This document shows positions 56,010 to 64,000 of a DNA stretch of 64,000 nt, one piece after another. Every line of letters starts with the position of its first letter. Within the stretch, counting starts at the first letter, position 1. The position numbers were made by a program, and so were the translations under genes. Source of the stretch: the human T2T-CHM13v2.0 reference genome, Homo sapiens; the NCBI RefSeq assembly GCF_009914755.1, contig NC_060932.1; one strand, written 5' to 3'. The notes beneath the pieces are model-generated. The model saw nothing but the letters and a program-made list of their open reading frames with translations, had not been told where the DNA came from and searched no databases.

Positions 56010-56604
56010 ACTCCCAACCCCTAACAATTTCCATTCTCCAACTCCATTTCCTTACATATCTACCCACTGCAATCTGTCTTCACCACCCACAGGACACCCC
56101 AACCACTCTGGCAAAATTCATCAGTGTCTTTCTAATTGTCAAATCCAATGACATGTGTCAATATTGTAATTTTTTTACATCTTCAAAATATTTAATTTTA
56201 AAAAAGTGAAATGTAACGTTTTTTCATCTGGAAATCTTTAAAAGTTGTTTAGCTCTTATTTTATTCTACATGATTCTGACACTCCAATCATTTTCTCTTG
56301 AAAATTCTACACCAAGTCTTTTCTTCCATATAAAACACTCTTTCTGAAGTGTACTCTAACTTACTTCTCTAACCAGTTCTTCCCAGATTCCTTTGCTTAA
56401 ATGTTAATGTTCTTTTAAGTTCTGATCTTTACCCTCTTCTATTTCTGTTAGTCTTCTCTCATTACTTCTGTCCCTAGGTTGACTTCCAAATCTTCATAAC
56501 CAGTTTAGGTCTGTTCCTTGACTCTCAGTTCTGTGCATCTTTCTGCCTGTGAGAACTCTTCACCCAGATAAATCCCAACTTGCATATTCAAAATTAAATC
56601 ACTT
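56010..56604 (+). mobile_element. L2 body fragment, resuming at ~61480-61720 after the L1
   Basis: 'ccactctggcaaaattcatcagtg...aaatccaatg', 'atcccaacttgcatattcaaaattaaatc'; pyrimidine-rich L2-like text continues after the L1. Confidence 0.6.
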
Positions 56605-58088
56605 ACTCTCACATGACAGCATGAGGAGCTCTGCTGACCTGCTCCCTGATGAAAACTGGTGAAAATCATGTTAAAAAAGAAAACACCAAAAGCCTTTAGA
56701 AATAACATAGAGCAAAACAGCAAATGAAAACAAATATTCAAGAAAATCTATAAAATTTCAGCAAGAAAAGCGAGAGTCTGTAATATTTGCACCAAAACAG
56801 CTCTACTCTTCCCCATCTCCCTGCTTTTTTATTTTGTTTTGCCTTTTTTTTTTTCCTCCTGGGAAGAACAAGGCTTTGGCATTTCTTGTCCTGCCCCTGG
56901 CTGCCTGGTGCTGAGGCTAGTCCTGGTGAGTGTGGTTGAAAGGTGAGGCTTTATTTTTCTGCCCAACCCCTACTCAAGATTGGAGGGTCTACCTTGGGTG
57001 TGGCATGCTGAGAATCCTGGGGCATTAGTACCCTTTCCCCTGGCTTGTGTTGTAGTCCCTCCATGCCAGAGGGTCAAGCCAAGAAGACATTAGCCTATTG
57101 TTCCCTTTTTCACTGAGTGCTCTCCTCAAATGAGGGTTTTACTCAGAAAGAAAATTGCTGTTGTCCCTACTCGCCACTTCAGAGCTCTGGTTAAGAAATT
57201 TTTTCCTGGGAGGAGAAGCAGGCAGTAAAATAGTGACTTCATCTGCAACAGAGCAGTGGAGAAATTTAAACCTAAGGACACTCTCAAGATTAGTGTAGAT
57301 TGTGCTGAAAGGCAATTAGGATGAGCTCTGTGAATCTAATGAAGATACAGCCTAGGCTGTAGGCCAGCTAGTTTGCAGGAAATAATAAGGGAATAGGACA
57401 GCTGAGAGGAGCTCTCCTGGGTTCAGAATAAACATCAAACACTGACATTGGAAGCCATTTCTTCAAAGGAGTTATAATTTAATTAGGTTAGTTTGTAAAG
57501 AAATGTATGCTCAGGGTATTGTAAATAATAAAGCAATTGCCAGCAGTGGAGCAAGGGGAAGAATTAGAAGAGAGGCCCAACAAATACACTGTTATCCCAG
57601 GTTGGCTCAAAGCTGTGTCTAGTTGAGGAACAACATCAGAAGCTTAACACTGTGTGTGGGGGGTGGGAGTGTACTTTGTTAAAATAATCCAACCAGTCAC
57701 TAAACAAATAACTAAGCAATTAACAATAACAAACCATGGAAGAGAGTACCTAGAACTCCTACAATATGCCCAATATCTAGCAAAAAATATGAAGCTATGA
57801 AGAATTTTGAAAATATGATATATACTCTACCATAAAAAATAAAGCAACAGAATAAAAAATAAAAATAAAAAATAAGGTAATAGAAACTGCCCGCGAGAGT
57901 AATGAGATGTCAGATGAATCAGAAAAAGATTTTAAAGTAGCCATTATAAATATATTCATAGACCTAAAGGAAAGCATGATTAAAGAAATAAATGAAGGTA
58001 TGATGACAATGTTGCATCAAATAAAAAATACTAATACAAAGATAGAATCTATATCTATCTACACACCAATATTAACATTTGTGTCTGT

Positions 58089-58089
<1 letters not shown>

Positions 58090-58124
<35 letters not shown>
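58090..58124. repeat. (AC)n microsatellite
   Basis: Pure AC run inside the L1 ORF1 relic. Confidence 0.95.
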
Positions 58125-58126
<2 letters not shown>

Positions 58127-61100
58127 GACAAATGGAAACTCTGGAATTGAAAAGTGCAATAGCTAAAATAAAAAATGTAGTGGAGACCCAATAGATTTGA
58201 GCTGTCAGAAGAAAGAATTAGTAAACTCGAAGATAAGTTGATAGAGATTATATAAGCCAAAGAACAGACAGGAAAAAAAAAACCAGCCTCAGAGAAAGGT
58301 GGGACACAATTAAGCACACCATATATTTGCAATGGGAGTTCCAAAAGAAGACAAGAAAAAGACAAAATAATTCAAAGAAACAATTGCTGAAAAATCCCCA
58401 AATTTGTTGAAAAACAATATCCTATACATAGAGGAAACTCAACAAACTCCAAGTAGAACAAGTGCAAAGAAACCAGCAAACAGACACATCAGTAAAAATA
58501 CTGAAAATCAAAGACAATGAGGATATCTTGAACGCAGCAAGAGAAAAATACATCATGTACAAGGGAAACCTAATAAGATTAACAGTTGGCCTTTCAGCAA
58601 AAACAATGAAGGTCAGAATGTAGTGGGATGACATATACAAAATGCTCAAAGAAAACAAGAAGTCAACCAAGATTCCTGTGCTAGCAAAGCTATCAATCAA
58701 AAATAAAATAAAAATAAAGAATTTCCCAGATAAATAAAAACAAGAAAATGGTTGCTACCAGAGCCATCTTACAAGAAATACTACAGGAAATCCTTCAGGC
58801 TGAAAGTAAATTACCCTAAACAGTAATTAGAATTCACAGGAACAAACATGAGCACCAGTAAAGGTAATTATACAATTATAACAGACACTGTAAATTCATT
58901 TTTCCCTTTCTTAACTGATTTTAAAAAGCAATTTTATAAAATGATATGTGCAAATATATTGTTGGGACTGTAATAAATAGAAATACAATAAATATGTAAT
59001 GTATTTGCCAACAAGAGCATAAAGGAAGTGGGCGGGAGCAAAGCTGTAATGGATTAAAGAAACAATGACAGATGGTTAAGCAGTAAATATATCAAGGTAT
59101 TGTTGTATTTGTAACATTAGTACATGTAATATGTATAACAATAGTACCACAAAAGGGGGGAAATGGAGTAGAGCTATATAGAAGCAGCACTTTATATATT
59201 ATTGAAACTTAGCAAATATAAATCTGAAGCTATCTATGGTAAGCCCTAGAGAGACCACCAGGAAAAACAAACTCAAAATGGTGAAAAAAAAATTGATGAA
59301 ATTATAATGCTACATTAGAAAATATTCACTCATTGCAAAGGAAAGCAGTAAAGGAGGACTAGAGGAGCAAAAAAGACATGTGACAAAGAAAGCAAGAAAT
59401 AAAATGGCAGCTATAAAACCAATTATATCAATAATAACAGTAAATGATGATTAAACAATCCAATAAAAACCAGAGATTATCAAACGAGATAAAAAAGCAT
59501 GATCCAACTATATATTACCTGTAAGAGAAACACATAATATTCAAAGATACAAATTGATTGAAGTAAAAGGATGGAAAAAGATATATCGTGCAAAAAGCAA
59601 CCACAGGAAGCCTGAAGCAGCTATACTAATTGCAGATTATAACAAACATGTCTCTTGAGATAAAGAGAGGTAATAAAAGGGTCAATTCATCAGGAAGAGA
59701 TAACAATTATAAAAATATATAAGCCTAATAAAGGAGCACTAAAATACATGAAACAATCTTTGACTTAAGTGAAGACACAATTTAACAATAGAAGATGGAA
59801 ATGTCCAATATCTAGCAAAAAATATGAAGCTATGAAGAATTTCAGTAATAAATAGAAGAACCAGACAAATAAGCAACAAGGAAACAGAAGGCTTGTGCAA
59901 TACTGTAGTCCAACTAGACCTAACAGGCATCTATAGAACACTCTACCCAACAGAAATAGAATGTATTATTCTTCTCAAGTACACATGGGCCATTTTCCAG
60001 AATAGGCCATATGTGAGGCCATAAAACAAACCTTAATAAATTTTAAAAAGAATAAAAAATACAAAATATTTCCTTCAGCTGTAATGGGATGAAATAAGAA
60101 ATCAATTACAGGGAAAAAATTAGGAAAGAAACAAATATGTAAAAATTAAACAAGACGCTCTTAAATCATCAACAAGTCAAACAAAATCCAGACAGAAATC
60201 AGAAAATATGTTGAGATGAATGAAAATAAAGACATAGCATATCAAAACTAAGGGATGCAGATGAAACCGTGTTTAGAAGGAAGGTTATAGCTGTAAACAC
60301 CTACATAAAAAATAAAGAAAGATCTCAAATGAATAACCTGACTTCTACCTTAAGACACTGGAAAAAGAAGAGCAAAGTAAAGCTAAAGCAATCAAAAGTA
60401 AGGAATGAATAAAGATTAGAATTCAATTTAATAAAATTAAGTTCAACTTAAGAAAATAGGACAATAAGAGAAAATTAATTATGCCAAAACTTGGTTTTTG
60501 AAAAGAGCAAAAAAACAGAGAAACTTTTAGCTAGTTTAATAAAAAAAAATAGAGAAGACTCAAATTACTAGAATCAGAAATGAAAGAGGGGACATTATTA
60601 TCAACCTCACAAAAGCAAAAAGGAGTATAAAGGAATACCATAAATAATTTGTATTCCAACAAGTTACATAACTTAGATGAAATGGTCAAATTCCTAGAAA
60701 GACACAAACTACCAAAACTGATTCAAGTAGAAATAGACAATCTGATTAGCCCATAACAAGTGAAAACGTTGTATTAACAAAACAAATCAAAACAAAACAA
60801 ACCGACAATCCACAAAGAAAATCCCAGACTGCGATGTCTTCATAATTTAATTTTACTACAAATTCAAAGAAGAGCACTTCCCAACTCATTTTATGAGGCC
60901 TGTTATACTGAGTATAATACTGATTTTGTTTCAGTATTATCCTGGTACCAAATCATACGAAGATATCATTAGAGAAAAAACGAACTATAGACCAATATAT
61001 CTTATTAATATGGACACAAAATTCTCAACAGAATGGTAGTAAACAAAATCTAGCAACATATAAAACTAATTATACATCATGACCAAGTGGAATTTATCTT

Positions 61101-61140
61101 GGAGATACAAGGTTAGTTTAACATCTGAAACTCAATGAAA

Positions 61141-61147
61141 TATATAT

Positions 61148-61190
<43 letters not shown>
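61141..61190. repeat. (TA)n microsatellite at the L1 deletion junction
   Basis: tatatatattttttatatat...atat; ORF2 sequence on the left, 3' UTR on the right. Confidence 0.9.
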
Positions 61191-61194
<4 letters not shown>

Positions 61195-64000
61195 CATTCA
61201 TATAAAAGCCCAGAATCTATGGAGACAGAGTATATTAGTGGTTGCTTGGGTGTTTGTGGCTGGTAGAGAAAGAAACAGGGATATGGAGTGGGGGAAAGGG
61301 TGAGAACTGAAGGATTTGCAGTTTCTTTTCTCTTCTTGACAAAAATATTCTAAAATTAACTATGGTGATAGTTGCACGTATCTTTGAATACACTAAAAAT
61401 CATTGATTTATAAACCTTCAATGGATGAATTGCACAGTATGTGAATTACATCTCAATAAAGCTATCTGAGAATTAAACAATCATTTCCCCCCGATCTGCG
61501 TATTGTCCTGTCTTCCTCATGACATTCTGTTAACCACACAAGGCACTAAGTACCCTGGAAGTTATTCTAAACTGCTCTCTTTACCTTTTCCCCAGCATCC
61601 AATTCTTCATCCTATCTAGTCTGCTTCCTAAAAATCTCCCTGACCTACCCCATTCTCTCCGTCCCTCTAGCATTCCCTTACTTTATGGTCTTATAAATAA
61701 GATTTCCCTTGATAGGCCTTCCTGTGCTAAAAGTTGAGTATGAAGGGAATGGTATTGAAATTGATGGTGTGTGTGGAGGCAGGATTAATTGAGGGATACG
61801 TTTATTTGCAATCCAGTAAAGCTATTTATTTATTCATTTATGCTGTTTTATTTGAAGAGTTTTAGATAATGACAATGATATTGGCAGGGGTCTACTCCCA
61901 TCTCTACACCACTTCTTAATATCGCTCACTGTTTTTCTACATTTGTGTGATATTCTTTGTTAGACTGATACATTTTAAGCTGAATAGGGAAGCTATGGAT
62001 ATCATCTAGCCCAATTTTGTACTTTTGATCGTGTACTGGGTTCATTTTATTTCCTTCCTCTCATTACTCAGTTCCAAGCAACCAAAAATGTCTATTTTAC
62101 TTTAATAGTGAAAGAATTAGCAAAATATTTATCTTCCTATATACATATATGCATAATTATTTGGCATGACAATTTATAATAATTACTTGAGGAAATTACA
62201 AAGCAAGAAAGGAGAAATCTTGGGAATAAAGTAATTTGGGGAATTTGACTTATAATTAATTTTCTGTAAAGGGGAATATTGTGAGAGTAAAGGATTTTAC
62301 TAATATAGGATAATATTACCTATGAAAAAGGAGATGGTCAGAACTAACAACAATGATTAATACATTAATCATTAAAAGAAAATTATTTTACAATGAGTAT
62401 TATTGTGGTCAACTTGTCTGGAAGATGAAATGTACAATGTTTAGTAGGTTGGAAAAGATTATTTGGCAAAACAGATGGCAGCTTTGGAAAGCTTCTATTC
62501 ATTTAGGTGGTTTTAAGGAGAATACCTAGATTGGATTCACTACATCTGAAAAACAAGGATTCTCAACTTTGCAAATATAGAGACTGGATTTTTTTTTAAT
62601 ATCCAAAGATGATTTGACACTAGAAAAACAGCTCATTGTAAACCAACAGGAATGTTCCTACCCCCAGGTATGTGTACTCTCACAATAAGTAAGCTGTATG
62701 GGCAGCCAGCGTAAAATCAGTTTTGCCTGGTCAGTACAGAAACAGAACATAGGGATTTAGGTCATCTTAAGTCTCTCAGAGCTGAGGCAACCTAAAGTAC
62801 TCACTTTAGGTTCCCCACTCCAGGGAGAGCCTGTCAAGAGCACAGTGCTTGGCTTCACCAACCAAGACTTTCCCTGAAGAGAGAATGTCTTTTGCTTCTT
62901 CTCTTCAAGACTTCATCTTCCCTGCATGGCAATATATAGTGTATATTCATATACAAAACAGCACACAACCAAATTGATGTTGCTTCTGTCTGGAAATAAC
63001 AACTGATTGTGATTAATCTAGTATCAACTGTTTCCTGTGTCTGATTAGACTGCAGTTTGCTTTGGTTATGACATCCAACATGGGTCCAGTACTGAGAGAC
63101 ATGAGTACTGTTCATTTCCTCAGCCACTAAGATGTCAGACCTTTATATATGTGTTTTATTAGCTAAACTTTTAGAGAACACATTTTTCTCTGTTTTGAAG
63201 GTATTTCACCTCAGGGTCATCGATATTCTTTTACCATTTTTTTCTCTTTATACAAGAAAATAAACTTCACTATATATTCCAATATATAAAGAATATAACT
63301 TGACCTGCACTCACATGAAAATGTTGACACATTATTTACTTTCCGTAAAACAAATAAAACTAATTTGCACATTTAAATAACTACAGTTACATATTTACAA
63401 GTAAGACTTACACTTAAATACATAGTGCTTAATTAATAGCCACCTCCATTAAAAAATAAAAACTTTGTTAAAGGCCTAACCCAGCTTCTAATATCTGTAT
63501 ATGATTTTTAATCATTTATTTGTCCTTACCTATAATAGAACGTTCTCAGTCTAAGGAAGCTATCTCACCAATTGTCAGAAAGGATCAATCAGGTACACTC
63601 AGAATGAACAATTCACGCAATGAAGGGCAATTGGCCAACTGCTGCATGCCTGAGATGGGTGACTATTCCAGGAGAAATTACTCTAGCCCCTGCCCCCTCA
63701 AATTTTTTTCCAGACTAATATTGCAGGAGACAAGAAAGCTAACAAAACAAATCAATGTTTTGTCAAGATGTTACTGAATGTAACAAAAGATAGCAAATGA
63801 CAGGATTGAAAGCATAAAATACATGCAATTCAGTTAGAATTGATTTATCTTCAAAACAAAACCAGAGGCTAAAAGATGTGTCTTTTCTATATCTATATAG
63901 ATGTGCTATATGCTATGTGCGGTGTGCTATGGCCTTCTGGCATCTAGGCAGTCTGTACCTTGGGTTCCTGGGAAAAAGGCAGAGTACAAACTGCGTATGT

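Larger units (their letters stand above)
56605..61465 (+). mobile_element. Old L1M (L1MB/MC-like) with 5' UTR, ORF1, partial ORF2, large internal deletion at a (TA)n, and 3' UTR
   Basis: ORF1 relic (KDFKVAIINIFIDLKE..ETLELKSAIAKIKN); ORF2 text 'aagtaaaaggatggaaaaagatatatcgtgcaa'; 3' UTR 'ggtgatagttgcac...gtatgtgaattacatctcaataaagc'. Confidence 0.88.

Overview
AT-rich, CpG-poor primate (human-like) nuclear DNA that reads as intergenic or deep-intronic. I find no supportable protein-coding exon, rRNA/tRNA gene or CpG island. The ORF-track hits are translations of Alu, L1, MaLR or ERV relics, or chance ORFs. The window is dominated by nested transposable elements: a 3'-truncated MER4-group ERV1 provirus (MER67-like LTR, Arg-type PBS, internally deleted env relic) fused to a ~5.5 kb L1PB, a complete MSTA provirus with TSDs, several solo LTRs with intact TSDs, about ten Alus, old L1M/L2/MIR fragments and a MADE1 hairpin. 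The most unusual signals are DNA-repair scars: a 92-bp inverted copy of ERV sequence pasted into the neighbouring L1, a 42-bp segment copied ~2 kb downstream inside another L1, and several snap-back micro-duplications. A repeat-poor block near 52.6-55 kb carries a near-perfect RFX X-box. I see no evidence for a new multi-gene biological system. Repeat subfamily names are recalled from consensus sequences and need RepeatMasker/Dfam confirmation; mismatch counts were made by eye.
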